Assembly: GCF_037042905.1 (NCBI RefSeq)
Contig: NC_087247.1
Coordinates: 37,138,001-37,202,000, forward strand
Reading direction: 5' to 3'
DNA: 64,000 nt
From: Lytechinus pictus
Lineage: Eukaryota
Part shown: positions 1 through 15,594 of the stretch, one piece after another
Position numbering within the stretch: the stretch's first letter is position 1
Layout: every line of letters starts with the position of its first letter
Notes under the pieces: generated by a model
Told to the model about the DNA's origin: nothing
The model's database searches: none
Seen by the model: the letters and a program-made list of their open reading frames with translations, nothing else
Program-made: the position numbers and the translations under genes

Positions 1-545
1 AAGCAGAAAAATCAAAGAATAAGATCAACAAAACTTTGAGTAAAATAGGACTAGCAATAAAAGAGTTATGAGCATTTAAATGTCGAGATCACTAATGCTA
101 TGGAGATCCTCCCATTGGCAATGCGACCAAGATCTGTGATGTCACACACGTACAACTCTCCCATTTGGACACTGAAAATATACCCCAAAACATCTCTTTT
201 TGCTCATTCTAATCATATGACAAACGATTCATCAATGATATAATGTTGTGAAACCTCTGTACTTGTCATCTCATACAGAGAACACCTCACCTTGTGATAG
301 ACTCTATAAAAGTGAGAATATAAGTGAAATAAGTACTAAAGTAATGAGGGAGTTGTACGTGTGTGATATCACGGATCTTGGTCGCATTGCCGATGGGAGG
401 ATCTACATGGCACTAGTGATCTCAATATTCAAATGCTCATAACTTTCTTATTATTCATTTAATCTTCCTCAAACTTTCAACAAAATGTTTCTTTGATTTT
501 TCTCTTTGATATGGATTCAGCTGGTTTCAAGGGTTTCATTCTCCT
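1..545 (+). mobile_element. Kolobok/T2-like MITE, family A, copy 1 (left end cut by window edge)
   Basis: Near-identical to 24840-25383. Ends GTTTCATTCTCCT followed by TTAA (546-549). Has a ~100-bp internal inverted repeat. Confidence 0.9.
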
Positions 546-3500
546 TTAATTAATTAACATTATTGTTATATTGGCATTGCTACATGTAGTATTATACTGA
601 ATTTGACATGGCGATACAGTGACATCTTCCAGGGGGGCTCTCTTTAATAAACATAGATACACATGTATATCCCCAGCCAGAGATGATGATGATGTACATT
701 TGTTAATTGACTGGTCTTGTTTGATGGCTCTACCAGACTCGTCAGGTCCATTAATGCCTGGATGAAGTGATGTCGGGACATGAAGAAGGGGGGTGTGACG
801 CAGGAATCAAGCCGATGTTGAGAATGATAGTGACATGTAGGAGCGGTCTGAGTACATAGATGACATAGCCAAGATTCCAGCCATTGTCGAGGCGTCACTA
901 CCTTACTCCGTCAGCACAGACGTGGATGGCGGCTACCCTTCTTCATTTGTAATTCTAACTTATCCTATTTGAATGAGAAATGGGTCAGCTTTCCTTCTCA
1001 AATTTTCATCTTATGAGTAAAAAAAGTAAAAGAAAGTAGGTCATGACTTTTGCTCTACTTATTTATTTTCCTCATAATCCTCTTTACAAAGATCTTTTTA
1101 ATCAAGCTCATGCTCTGACATCTACCATGGGCAGAGCATTTTGATTCTCATTTTCATTTACATTTAAACAAACATTCTATCTAAAACTAAATACTGTCTA
1201 TGAATAAGTGTGATGACAATTGACAGAGTGCAGTTTGAGAAGAGATCAATAGTGTCATTATATTAGAAGCAAAGAAAGTTAGTCAATATCTCCAAGAATT
1301 TCCATACAAGTAATGAAAATCCCACAAAAAATGGAACATACATTACTTCTCTTATTCCAAAAGGGCATGATATCATTCAAACAGGGGGCACTACTCAAAT
1401 GATAAAAGGGTACTGTCAATGTACATTAATGATTGAAGGAGGGGCACATGCCCCCTGTGTCTTACTCCGCTACCCCCCCCCCCCCTATCCATGCATGGTT
1501 GAAAGCAATTGGAATCAGAATTTCATCTTTACTATCACTACATGGGCTGCATAGACCACTGAATACCTTTTATAATCCTCATTTTTCTATAACTATGATC
1601 ACACAAGAGCAACCCCATGCTCTGGTTTGGCATTCCATCACATGGTGGCTAAAGTTCTATCAACTTCCTCAGGATGGATAAAGATTTCAATTTAGAAGGA
1701 CTAGTAAGATGCAACCAGAGGGCATACTTGTCTACCAACTTGGAATAAGCTGGATCTTCAAGTCTAGGAACCTCTTCACATTCACTTTCCTAAACCCATT
1801 CCCACCAAACCAAATCAATGAATTAGTTTTACTCTTCACAATCAAATTGTCAGTAAGATCGATCTTAATGCTATATGAACATTTGCAGTGCCTGGCAGTG
1901 GGGTCAAAGGTTCAGGCTTAATTTTAAGCCATAAAGGTTCGACTTGCCTTTCAATCTACACATATTTCCAGCACAACATGCTTGAAATACTTCTGGGTGA
2001 AGGTTTCTTCCTGCAATGGTACCTTTCAAAGTCGTTATAGTGTGAAGTAAAGCGATAATGAATTGCGAGTTGTTTTGTAAACCGGTTTCGAAAATCAATT
2101 AAGATCCCTTCCAGTATTGACAAGTCAGGCTGAACCATTCACACTGAATTGGTTAAGCGGGGGCCGGATCAGGAAAGTAATTGTGAACGGGATCTGAGCC
2201 CTGGTTGGTTGGCTGGTAGACAGGGTAGGGCATTGTGCCAAAATCATCATGGGGAAGATATCCACATCCTAGACCAGAAACCATTATGAGGTCAACATGG
2301 GGGCATGTTATGACTGCAATGATTAGGATGGTAAAAGAGCAAACTAGGGGGAATGGCATCCTCCATCACTACCTTTTTTTGTTGGGTGCGGCTGGGTATG
2401 GGTGCATGGACACACCCCCTTAAAAGATCTGTTTCTGTTAAGTCTCCAGGCTTACCTCTTCGCGCTAACCTAAATCTCACACAAAAAAATCAACTTCACA
2501 AACCTAAAGGCTTAAATCTGTTTTATGATTAATCAAAGTTTTATCATAAAAAAATAGATTTTGATCGACTTTATTGGCCTGTAGGGAAAAAAATTGTTGG
2601 TATTAAACATGTTTATCACAAATTCCAACAGAATATGCAATAAACTGAGCCTCATCTTATTGAAGCAAATAGATGTAAGAGGATTTGAACTACCTTGGCA
2701 TCATTAACAAGGATAAACAAAAATACCAAAGGTAAAACCTACTGAAAATAATTTCAAATTTCAATGGGGGACATGCATTTTTTAAGTTCTTTTGCAAAGT
2801 ATTCATTAAGGAAAAAAGGTGACTCACATCATTAATTTCAAGAGAAGGGACACATCTTGCAGGCCGTAAAGCTCTTGAAAATTTAATATCAGACAGGGAG
2901 TTGGGACGTCAAATCAATGGGCCTTATTCAATAAAAATTGAGCCAAAATATATCAGACCACACACAATCAATATTTCAAATGAATTAAGTGGCTGTTTGT
3001 TTCATTCATTTAGTATCAATCAAGTCAAGTGACATTAAAGAAACTTGCTTGAGGTGTAAAGGAAACATGCATTATACCATAGACCAACTTCAACAGGCTA
3101 TCCAGTTTTAAAAACAGGGAACACAAGCAGTCCAAACTTAGCTGTGCAGCAGTAGTTCCCTTTCCTTTTAATCCTAATCGACATCTGAAACCTTTTATAC
3201 TCTTTCCACATCTTGCACTTTCAGGCTTATAAAATTGCCCAGACAAGAAAACAACTTCCCCATAAAGATGTAATTTGAAGTCTAATAGATTTGAGCACAA
3301 GTTTATTAGAGGAGAACAGGAATTAATGATTGAGTGCACACTAAACAATCCTATTTTTTTTCGCCTGAGAGTATTGAAGGAATTGCATGTCAGGGAGGCG
3401 GTTGATGGAACCAAAAGAGGTAATGATTAGGTCTATTGTTTGGAGGCGTATCACTTTCACCTGGAACACTGGTTCCACACCGACTTAAGGGACCTTAGCA

Positions 3501-3865
3501 AACATACATGTGACTCTGTCAACATTTGAAGCTCTAGCAAAACTTCCAGTCTTTCAAAGCCATTGTCATGGTTTACTGAAGTCGGTATAGTTGTAAGTTT
3601 TGGATGCTTAAAGCTATATAAGTATCTTTGTACTTTCACTCCAGTTATTACAGTCTTATTCCCACAAAAGAGAAAACTTATGTAAATTCTCAAACTGGAA
3701 ATCCAAATTTAGTGAATGGTCGATCAATACATCTCGAGATGGGAATCTGACTTTAAATCTTTAATATCTTATATATAAAATGTAGACTACAAACCATCTG
3801 TACATGTAGTATCATTTCTTTTATAATGTGCTATAAACAATAATGTACTTATAATACTCCTCCTA

Positions 3866-4257
3866 TACCGTGTTTACACACGACTTGGCTCGAGTGTTGA
3901 ATCTTCAAGCAGGGTCGAACGCTGCAAAGAGGGCAACTGTGATTGCGTTTATACTGAAACCAAAAAGGTGAGTTGACACACCCCGCGGATCATGAACGGA
4001 AGTAGAATAGACGTATATAGATATGTCATGTTTGACCGAGGTCATGCGGGTTCAACATGGCTTTCTGTTTACACACGAAAAAATAGGCGAGTCTTACTCG
4101 GCTTGCGGATTGAAACCTAAGATTTTGACGGATCAAAAAAGCCGTGTTCGACACGGCTCGTGGATCCCACTGATCGCGTTTACACAGCATAAAATTACCG
4201 TGGTGAGCACAGCTCGTGTGTCCAATCCCCGAGCCAAATCACTGTGCAAACACAGTA
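3866..4257. mobile_element. PIF/Harbinger-like MITE
   Basis: TIR TACCGTGTTTACACACGACTTGGCTCG / CGAGCCAAATCACTGTGCAAACACAGTA. 3-bp flanks CTA/TTA. Internal repeats of GTTTACAC. Confidence 0.7.
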
Positions 4258-7200
4258 TTACTCCTACATTACTCCTCATGCACTTACTTTAGTAAGTGTG
4301 GCATAACAATCGGATACAGAAAATATTTCTCTACTTCAACATCTTAACAAGATAAGCCAGCTCTTTGCAATACCAGCCACATAATGTGGGGACTGTTAAA
4401 ACTTTTTTTTTTTGGCAAAGAGACACGGCTTAGTTAGTAAATCAGATGTTTAAAAGAGAAAGAATACATAGAAAAGACATATCATACATCATGCCTTCTA
4501 AGTTTTACTAATGCAAAAGATTTAGGAGTAATGAAAACACTCCTCTTAAAACTATATATAATTTCTTTTGGGGATGTCATTTATTGGACAGTTCTTTGTT
4601 CACAGATTTACAATGTGATCGATCATCCGTCATCACAAAAGAACATTTTCTGTGGTTTTAGTGGTTATACTTTTATGTCATTCTCTGTCTTTCCATTTAT
4701 TCATCCCTTTTCTACCTTATCCTGTGGTTGAAATCTCAGTGTAAAGAATCAACTTCACAAAGCCTGCTCTGCCGACTTGATGACTCCTTTAATAAGAATG
4801 AAACACCAGCGATTTTCCCTCTTGTTCAAAACTCTTTACAAAACTTTTTATGAATATTTCTTATCAATTTCAGCTATTTTTAAGGTTTTCATTTGCATAC
4901 CTGTTTGACAGACTGTAAACATAAACAGAGGGTATTCCATTCTAAAGTGTTTGTGTAGACCATGAGTCATCGAGATAAATAGAGACCAAAATGGCGGTTT
5001 GGTGAATACCAGGTTGGTGGGTGGAACTCGATTCCACGAGACTTGGAGCATTCAATCAAAAACTCTTTCATCATGCCACTGCATTTTTCTTCTACAAGAA
5101 AACCTTTATTACAGAAAAACCCAAACTATTTCATTCAAGAAAAAGATGTCATGTCATTCGTCTGCAGCAGGAAACAAAGAAATCCCCTATTGATCACTGC
5201 CTGAACTTCAAAATGACAAGTCTGCCATTATTGACTTAGACCTGACATAAAAACACCAGAATTAAATCTTGCAAAAACAAAAATCTCTGAAAACTTTCCA
5301 TTTACTGAATTCCACAAGGATTAATGGTCGATAAAATACTAAAAGTATGAACAATATAAAACAAAAAGTATTAAACAAAGCAAGATTTATTTCAAATGCA
5401 TTTACGGCAAATAACATGGTGGATAATACGAGAAGTGTTTAAGAAATCAGATTAGGACTAATACTGGGATTAAGCCAATGGATTGTTCCTCAAAAACATC
5501 AGTGATATTGCAAGTAATTTACAGATTACCTTCATTTAGACTAATTCTGTTTTCATTCCAGCTTAATTCAGATTTTATGCATCAACACTTGTGGAAATGT
5601 TTGTGTGGTTCAACCTTGAAATTCTAAGCTCCCGCGTTTCATGGACAGTTAAGGCAGTTTTCAGCAACCTTTTCCAGAATTCAAAATCAAAATCACTGAT
5701 TCAGCTCATAACTCAATCATAGTTGCAATTCTTTTGGTAAAAAATGAATGCCCAGAGACTCATAAGCCAAGCAAAATGAAACAAATCACTTATTCATCAA
5801 AATATCAACAATGGAGGGATGAGGGTATCACCATACTGTTCAAAATCATTCCAATTCATATGGTCTTGGTGTGTGTTGTATGCGCTGGCAGGGCAACCCA
5901 TGCGTTCTGCCCGTCTGGGTCATTTCATATAAGGTGTTTATCAAAACTTAAACAGTTTTTGCATTTTTCGCCCCCATATCTTGCATTGATTTGTTGAAAT
6001 TCATCTTTTTCTTTCTTTTTTAATACCTGAAATTAATCTAAACAATGAATTAATATCATTAATCCATTGAATACTGAATCAAAAGAAAGTACATTTGAAC
6101 CTTACAGAACAATGGGGAAGAAAAACATGTCACAAGCATAACCTGTTAACCACACTCTCTTATGCAGGCTGAACATGAAAACAAGACAAACAATAGTTTT
6201 ATTTCAAATAATAGGATTTAATACAGTTCTTTAAATCTGTTGTTTAGATGATGTCGCATAGTTTTGAAGCTTATAAGTCAAAACGGAAGAAAGTACCTAT
6301 ATTGACCATGATCTACTAAGTTTGGAAAATACAAGACATCATGCTGTGATAAGACAGATATGTTCTTCAATAGAAACCCTATAAAATATCATGATAAACA
6401 CCTTGCACTGTCAATAATAGTCATCAATTTAACCCCCCCCCCCCCCACAATAATATATTCATAAAATAAAATATACAAAAAAAATCTATACAATAAATCA
6501 ATTCTATAGGGTGAAAACTTGACCTTCAATTCAGATACAAACATCAAAATCGTTTCTGCTTATAATTACATATAATTTACCAATACATTAAGATTTATAA
6601 AATTGAATTTGAGGAGTGTGAAATATAGACAAGTTTAAAACAAAAATTGATTTCAATGACATGATCATTAGCTCAATATACTTTCAGTATAATTGATTGC
6701 ACTATAAAATTGACAGATTTACCCTGTTGTATGTTTTAGGTCAAGTGAGGGCTCCTGTTACAAGCTTCGCCCTTCAACCCCTGCCCATGAGCTCTTGCTC
6801 TTTCTCTGTACTTTTATTATCTGGTTTCTTGTGAATAAACTTGACTTGAGGAAACTATTTTGACCTTTGCGATTATGGTGTTAAAACTTTTGTGTTACAT
6901 TCGCAATTAAAAAAAGTTGCAAAGAGTGTTTCAATGGAACTTAAATCCATAATAATACATGTCATTTACAAAAAAATATACATCATATTGTAGAATAGTT
7001 CTGCAGAATATATTTTGCCCATAACCAAGGGCTTCATTATAGGTTTCCACAAATTTGATATATAGAATATATATAGAATATTCAGGGTTTTACCTTTAAA
7101 ATATAAAACACAACAGAAAAACATTCAGCTTTGTTCAAATATATCTATTCAGAGTTTTTTTGTGTGTGTGACTGCAATGGAGTGTAAATCAAATATCATT

Positions 7201-9596
7201 TAGGCTAAAGCTCTTAATCATAAATCATAAAATCATAAAATGACTCAACTGTCAAAATATTTCTAATCTTTTATTCTTTTGTGAGTTGAATGAAAAAGAG
7301 CAGCCATCAATATCCACGATGTGTACAATCACTCCAATTCCCAACACAACCCACCCAGCCCTAATTAAAATCCTACTAAAAAATAGTTTAAAAAAAAACA
7401 AAGGAAGCACATCTACCTGGTGACTTAAAGTATGAAAAAAGGAAGGAATCAAAATTATTTATTCTAAACATCAATGATTTAGGGTATCATTCAGGTTTCC
7501 ATATTAGAAAATTGGCTTTTAGGTAGGATTTGAAATAACAATGACACTTTCACATCAAGATTATTTGGGATGTCTTAATTCTTGATGTGAAAGCAATTTG
7601 GGTTGGTCGAGAAATTGAGAAAATATTTGTAACTGGTACTTTTGGCTGGCCTAGAGCAGGCCTAAATGTTAAAAGAGTGGGAAAGTGAATCAATGTTTCA
7701 GTAACATTTGCTGCTTGCTTACCTTGTCAGATGTAGTGTTAGTATTTGGATATTGTTTAGTTTTAGCAACCTGGTTTTAGTTAACCAGTTGTTTAATATT
7801 TGGCTAACATGTTTTTGGATTTAGCTGGCCAAATACATTGACTGTAAAAAAACTAGCTTAAGATCACCAGCCATATAACAAAACATACATTCATAATTTT
7901 TGGTCCGAGCAAAAAGCAGAAGGCTGAAAATGGTTTAAATGTCATTTTGGACTGTATTAATTCATCAAGATTTTATACAAACATACAAAGCAAAACTTAC
8001 TTAACAGTGCTCCATGGCTCACACCAAAACAAATACATGGAACACTCTAGCGCTGCAAACGACAAACTATTTTTACCTAAAGTTGATCATTGTTTTTGTT
8101 CAAGTGTGAATGCTCTATTTTAGAGCAGAAGTATAGGAAATAGGGTAAGTGCAAGGAAGTTATTACCACTCCTGCTCATTGGTCCCTAGGTCTGGAGTCA
8201 ATGCCTCCTTGGTGATTGGTGAGAAAAACAGTGAAACTTGAACTAAGATTTATATAGTCTAGATATACCATATGACAGAGGTGTAGGAAGTGGGGAGAAG
8301 GGGCATGTGCCCCAGACCCCATTTTCAGGTGGGGTCCGAAAAAGGAAGCTTCATCTTTAATATACAAAAGTCACACCTAATGTCAGAAGTTTGAAGGTTC
8401 GTGACTTCAGCATCAGAGTATCATGATGATGTTAGACCTGGAAAGGGGGGGGGGGTATTTCACCATTTCCTCGGGCATGCCACTTTCTGGAAATATACAT
8501 TGGACAATCTAGAAGACCTCTGTTTCTATAGCTATCAGGTACATAAATACAATGAAAATCTCATATTAGTTTAAATTTATTCATATCACAAATACTATCA
8601 CCTCATTTCCATGTATTTTATACCTGTGTGGTTACAGAATGCAATATTTTAGAAATGAGCCAATGTGTCCAGAGACTTTGACATTCAACTTTTATCTTTG
8701 GCACTAAGTTTGAAGGAAGTACTTGATTTTGGCAACAGGGGGCCCCCAGTCTATTAGCCAGGTAACCCATATGTAAAGATCATGTAGCAAAGGATTGACC
8801 TGGTCTTGACCCATAGATGACCGTGAAATGAACAGTCTGGCCAATGTGAAGCTGGTTCTCCATCAGCCCTGACTTTGCTCAATCTCAAGATTCTAGCCTG
8901 GCAAGCCCTCTTCAAGAATTCCTCATCCTAATCAATCCTAACGACAGAATCCGCACATATGTATGGGTTCCCGTTTTTTAGTAGTGTGTGATAGTAGAGA
9001 TGAGAATAACTATCTTCACATGCAAATTTGTTAAAATTGTCACCAATTAATGTGTAACTATTAAAAAATCTGTTTTTTATATCAAGATGAGCTAAATAAT
9101 GGCATCACTTTTTGCATTTTCATCCTCATTGCAACAGTTTGCCTGATCAGTAAATGGCCGGGATATGCGAAAACTTGGGCTGGTGGAGGTGGGAATATTG
9201 AGCTGAAGCATTCATGGAGGTCACTTTAGCATTGGACTTCCATCCATGTCCTGCCAATCATTTCATCAATTATTTTACAGAATACTGTTTCCGAAATGGA
9301 ATTGAGAGAGTGACAGGTATTAATGGTGATACCTTGACCAGATGTCCCATACACGATGGACTATGCAGGTTGGACTGCACATGCAATATGCAAGTCTTGA
9401 TACGTAGCTATTTGTAGAATAGCAGAAGTTCAAAATACTAATTTTGTTGCAGACCAAACAATAAAAGCCTATACCACTGTTTGCATGAAGTTATACTCAA
9501 TCACAAACCACTGTCCTCATAATGTAGGCTTTTTATCCATTTTGTGATTAAAATAATTCATAATTTTATCGTTTTCTTGTTAGGAATATGTGATCA

Positions 9597-9640
9597 CTAC
9601 TACTACTACTACTGCTGCTGCTACTACTACTACTACTACC
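9597..9640. repeat. (TAC/TGC)n microsatellite
   Basis: Direct reading. Confidence 0.9.
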
Positions 9641-12600
9641 ACTAATCAAACTAATATGCCTACTTCTTCCAATACTAATAACTAATACAACATGATCATA
9701 ATCACTAATTCTATCCAGGTATCACAAAAGTGATAATCATAATACATTATAGAGCAAAGCTCATACAAATTCTATCCACTCTACACTAGATTATTAATAG
9801 TTCATACCCAAGGCTAAGTTCAGGGTTACTGAAGGTTAAACTCTATCATCCTACTCTTGAGTAAAGAAGGCCTATACACAAGAAGGTCTACATGATTATC
9901 AAGGGCTCAATCTTCAAGTCCAGAAACTTCCCTTCAGCTCTAACACATCAGAATGAAAGAGGAAAAATAAATGTCTGATTTGGCCAAACCACATCTCTGT
10001 CAAGAGCTGCGAACTTGGCGGTGAACCTTTTAAACTCTGCCAATAATAAAAGAAGCATTATTCCATTTCTTGCTTGGATAAATTGTTAGTATTTAGATGG
10101 GAGTAATGGGGAGTAGTTTATGACCAGGGTCACCTTTGACAGATATTTTATTGCCCATGGTCTGACACAAATCCATTTATTTCTGCCAATTGTTGTGTTC
10201 ACACGACTCAAAGAAACAAGTTTTGTTTGGACCAAACTTCCTTTACAGTTTTCTTAGAAACTCAAAGAAGAGACAATATCCCACACTATCACAATTAATA
10301 CAAACTGACTGATGAATAACCCATTCATGGGGTTTAATACTAACCCTGATTTATAGCAAGTATGATACATGGGATATTGCAGCTGCATGCATTACCCTCT
10401 TTGCAAAGTCATTTTTAATTTCAGACATCACATTGATAGATTTGGAGCTTATGCACTGCAACCTTATTTTTGCAATTATATAGAAAAATAGCAGTGCCAT
10501 GTTACAATCCTATACAAAAATTGCAAGGGTGTAGTGAATATTAAAATATGATTCAAAGCTAAAGAGGAACTTTATTTCAAAAAAAAAAAGGGGGGAGGAG
10601 TGTGTGGTAATGAAATGGAGAGGAAATTGTAAAAAGATAATTATAATGGTTGAGAATGGGAGCAGAGAGAAAGAGATAAAGAGGCATAAATAAATGGAGA
10701 CAGAGAGAGTGATTGAGAAGACGAGTGAACCTCATTTGATGAACTGATACATGTATTTACATTTTGGATGTTATGAGTTTTGAAAAAAAGGATCATATAC
10801 CAATTTATTTCATATTTCAGTTTTCCCTGCCTCAGAATATCAATGATTTGGTTAGTTTCCAGGGTAGTGTTGCAATATTTTCAATCCAGGAACCAGTCTT
10901 CAATGGGAGGAAAATCTTCATTTTCACAATTTGCAGGTTGTCTGTTTCAGAGTGCTCTTCCCATCATGACGTTGCAAGAAACATCACTGGAAACTGATTC
11001 AAATTATTCAGAATGACATTAAAGCCAATATGAAAGATGAAATAAAAAGGTAAACTACATTGGTTCATCTTGAAGTGCAAGTCATTGGGTATGGTTATTG
11101 GACTGAAAACCCATTTATCAGGATGACATATTTCTGTCTAGTTTTCATTTAGGACATCCAGGAGTGCCTCAGGTTCATAACCTACTTTCTGTAATCAATG
11201 GAATAAGAGCAATTGTAATACCAACCTGGATGGTGCAAGGTAATACCCCCCCCCCCCCCCACCCCTCTTACCCACCACACAACTCACAAAAATGTATACC
11301 TACATCTTATATGCTCCAAACAAAGCATTAAATTTACATAAATTGCCTGGATACAATCTCTGATTCTAGATAAAATTCATGTTCTTTCTTCTCTGAAAAT
11401 GATTCTGAAAATGGCATATACGTTGTCCCTCCTGTTACAAGGAGTTCTTGTAATAAAGTTCTTGTAATCAAGAGGTAGGCCTATATTATCGATCAGGCAG
11501 GAGTAAATAAAGTTATTGTAGGATTGTCGTCAACCTTGGAGGAGGATAAAGAAGTAGGCCCTACACAGATAGAGACTGATATGCACTGAACAAAATACAT
11601 AAAGATAAACAACATAAATCAATCAGGTGAAAGATGAGTGTTATAGAACTGTCATAAAATCGTCAATTTGACAGGAGGAGAATAGGCCTATAGGTTGATA
11701 CGGACCATTAGTACTGATTCATTGAAAACTTGCTGTATACTCAGTAATGGGGGAAATTTGTTTTAATCAAACTGAATAGTCATTGATGGGAGATAGAGTT
11801 CAACTGGTGATATTTTGAATATCAAGAAGATGTGTACCTGCATGGCCTCTGTCTCCATCTGATCACATGTTCCTCCTTTTCCATAACATCATACCTTCTC
11901 AGGTTTAACCCCACCCCAACCAATCCATTATACACAATGCACTAAATCATGCACCACCCTAAACCCGAACCCTATATACTCTAGCCCCCTTCCCCCACAC
12001 TGCGATCCCCTTTCACTACACCTAAAATAGACCTCCAGCAAGCCTGCAATGTTGCCCCTGCGCACCTGAATATCATGCCATTCCCTTGCAGGTACAGGTG
12101 CCAGCAGGTAAGCCGATACCCGAACAGGGAAGGTTGGGCTCAGACGCAAGCATTTGTCAAAATATTATTAGGATTTGATCGTGTGTTGCTCTGACCCAGA
12201 ATCGGCATTGGTTACAGTATTTCTGGACCAGGTATACATGCTTTTATTCTTGTTTTCCCTTTTTTTCTGTTGGTCCCTGCCAAAGTATGCTTGGGATGGA
12301 TCAACGTTACAGGAAGCGACACATGGTACATTATTGAAACAGCTTTGACACCTGCAGGCCTAGCTCTAGGGGTATATGACTCAAACTATTTCAGTCAGTA
12401 GCTGGGTGCTATGAACAGAAAAGGAGGTGAAAGGAATAACACATGATCAAGCTCCTTTTGATCAATGCAATAATTCAATCTATTTTAATACAGAACATTT
12501 AGTACTTGATGTGTATGGTCAAAGGGCCTTTCTGTATGTCTCATACTGTCTGAAATCAGAATGCCACAAAATCTATCACTGATGCTATGACCTTATAGCT

Positions 12601-15594
12601 CTAACAAGAAGAGCACACTATCTTTCTAAACAAAAACATACTTCATGCATAAAGATATATGAATGGCTTCTCAAGAAAGCCTTTCTTCCATCCACAAGAT
12701 ATATCGTTCTGATGGCCTTCTTGTAGTAGGCTAATGATGTGTACATAAAGGAACAAAAAAATTAATGATGAATACAAAAGACTATCTTGAGTCCTTTAAT
12801 GGTGATTTTCTATCCCTATCCATCATTTCTATGCTTCTCTCTTCCTTTTCGCTATTCTTAGGATCTCTCTCAGTCAAGTATTAAAGCTGATATTCTATTT
12901 TGGTACGAGCAAAAAGAAAAAGATTAGCAACTTTGACAGCAGTCCAAATTGTCTGTAATGCAAGAAGATTCATGAATGTGTAATAGCTTCTTACATAAAT
13001 TCAGGTGAATTTCAGTCTTTCTGGCCCAAATTTGCGCCTGGGCATGCTAGTCTGCAGGCCCAGGCTCTGATTGGAACTGTAATCAATAATTCAGTCAAAT
13101 CCAACTATAGGCCTACATATCCATATGGTCTGCATTGCAACTACCATCACGCCACCACCTCAAGCATTGTAATGACTACAACATTCTCTGAAGTCTGAAG
13201 AGACTGAGATCTTAGCCCAACACACCTTTTGCCTATCTCTCTTTTTCCCCCTAACATTCAACCCGAGAGGGATATTTTCACAGCATCAATAGTCTTACTA
13301 AATTGTATTGCTACTGATAAGTGAGTATGATATCATCATCATCCATTTTGGGAGGGCCTACCAAAAGTATACTTCGTCTTTAACCTCTATACCCCAATGC
13401 TCTCATTCTCCCAGATGGAAGGAGGCTTCTCTGGCTGCAGTCAAACCAACAAAACCCACCTATCATTTCTTAGGTTTAAAACCTAAAAGAGGATTACTGC
13501 CCTACTAAAGCCTCAGACTTAACCCCCATAAATCTCTGTCTGTGTATTGATGTACAGAAGAACAGGGCATGGGAAAGTGACTATTGAACAAAATTCTCTG
13601 CACTACGAGAAAAATTATTTACAATATCTCTCATGCAGCAGCAGACCCTCTTCATGTATCTCCTATTTCTATTTTATATCGTTTTAAAGCTGCTCCTTAT
13701 TTTCCATGTTATTTACCAGTTTATCATGGAAAAATATCAAGATGGAGCTTTCCATGTCAATGAATTGTGTTTTCTAGCCTAGTCTAGTTAACAGGAAACA
13801 AGCTCCACTGCTTTCATTGTCATCCTCATGATTTGAACCTGGTCAAGCAAGACCATTGGATGGAGCTCTCTAGAACATAGGTCTCTACTGTTTATAGTAG
13901 TCTCAGGTAGTAGGTAAGGAGCGGGTCAATGGAAGTTGGTAAAATACAAAGACCTATGATAAATGGCTAAATAAATATCCCATGGGAGAACAACAAAATA
14001 TAAACACAGCTTAGCCGGCAAAGGAGACCAATGGCAATTCAGTTGCCTGACATGGCAGGATTAAAGTCACAACTAAATATAAGAAATGGTTAAAAAAATA
14101 TAGGCCTGCATTTAGCGATCATCCAACATATATGCCTGCTTAATATAGATTGAGCTTCATACAATTTGAAGGCACAACTGTCATTACAATGAAAATTGAT
14201 CAAGTGGAATGATCTATAGGATTCCCTTAATAAGATGTAATCTCATTCTGATGCAAGTAATCATGTCAAGACTAGATAAGACAAGCAAGCATAATGACAT
14301 GGGCTAATAGCATATAAGCAATGATCCAAAAAAATTGGTTGGTAGCATCAAAATCTATTATTTTATCAGAAATCAGGAGAGGAAGATTATCTGTGTCTAA
14401 CCAAGGAGGTATAACTACTACGGAGTATTACCCTAATATCATTACCCATGGGTACCAGGGTAGTACAGCAGATAGTATTACAAGGATCTGAAATACCTAC
14501 TGGAATCAATGCACTTACAGAACAGATTGAGGTATTTCAAACAAGACGTTTCGATGATCATTCCCTCTAGTCACCCCTCAACTTTTTGTAATTATGCCAG
14601 CATTAGCACTAATGAGAAAAGTAGACAAACCCACTCTCCATTTCAATTTTAGCTACCGTTGCCAACTTAATATAGTGGATCAGATACAATTAGAATGTAA
14701 TGACACCAAGCTGGGATATTATCTCGCCAGCTGGTTGCAATGCTTGGCGCTACAAGGTAGCTCCTTGGTCTACATTTACTCATGTAGTTTCAATTGCTTT
14801 AGGAACTAGATAAATCTCGAGTTCCTTGATTTTAATGGACTAAATATGCAAAAGAGCATCCCGCTGCATTCTTATCTTAGGACACACACTCCTATTCTTT
14901 ATCTGACAGCAATATATAGTCATAGGAGTGTCTCAACAGAAAGACACACATTTGTGGTTCAATGCAACAGGTACACTACAGGAAATTCGCTCAAGGTACA
15001 TTAACTAGAATTATGTTCTTCTGACAACAATAGGAAACATAATGTTTGAATCGCAGATTGATAAGAGGTCAATAGTACCATTGAAAAATGGGTACTATAC
15101 AGCATGCTGTTTCAGATGGACTGAAAAGAGCAAACTTAGCAAAATAATTGTTGAATGAATAACTAGGCTTATTTACACAGCCCAAAACTCATACTATTTC
15201 TCTGAAATAAACACGATTGAGGGGTAAGATTTTCTTTGCATTTTATAGTACCTCAGATTATTCAATATAATCTAGGAATATCTACAGCACCAAAATCTAG
15301 TTGCTTAATCAAAGGCACTGACTTGACTGGAAAAAAAAAATCTATTTGTGATTCAAATTGAGAAAAATAATATTACCACTAGAAAAAAGCAATCTAAAAA
15401 AAAAGTATATATTCAGTTGAGCCCGAAAGGTGGATAGAGTTCTGGTCACAAGAAAAACTCTTATTTAACTAATACCATGGTCATACAGCTCAGTATCGCT
15501 GTGCTTTAAGTTAATTGTATGGAGCCGAACTCAGTTTGTGCAGCTTAATTTGAGGGCAGCAGTCTAGATATCATGGATCTAGCTCATACATAAA

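Noticed and set aside
248-442. Repeated 64-aa ORF (also 25087-25281 and partly 44727-44912)
   Set aside because: It lies within MITE family A, has a GTG start and shows no transposase similarity. Its recurrence simply reflects the repeat copies.
3025-3414. 129-aa minus-strand ORF
   Set aside because: It has a non-ATG start, no ADAMTS or transposon motifs and no supporting splice sites.
6740-6850. Possible LINE 3' UTR ending AATAAACTTGACTTGA (another candidate at ~36230-36440)
   Set aside because: No coding remnant to confirm it, so it is left uncalled.
11950-11990. Telomere-like CCCTAAACCCGAACCCTA (similar at ~38470-38490), suggestive of a Helentron-type remnant
   Set aside because: Only 2-3 degenerate units, and no identifiable subterminal inverted repeats or 3' hairpin.
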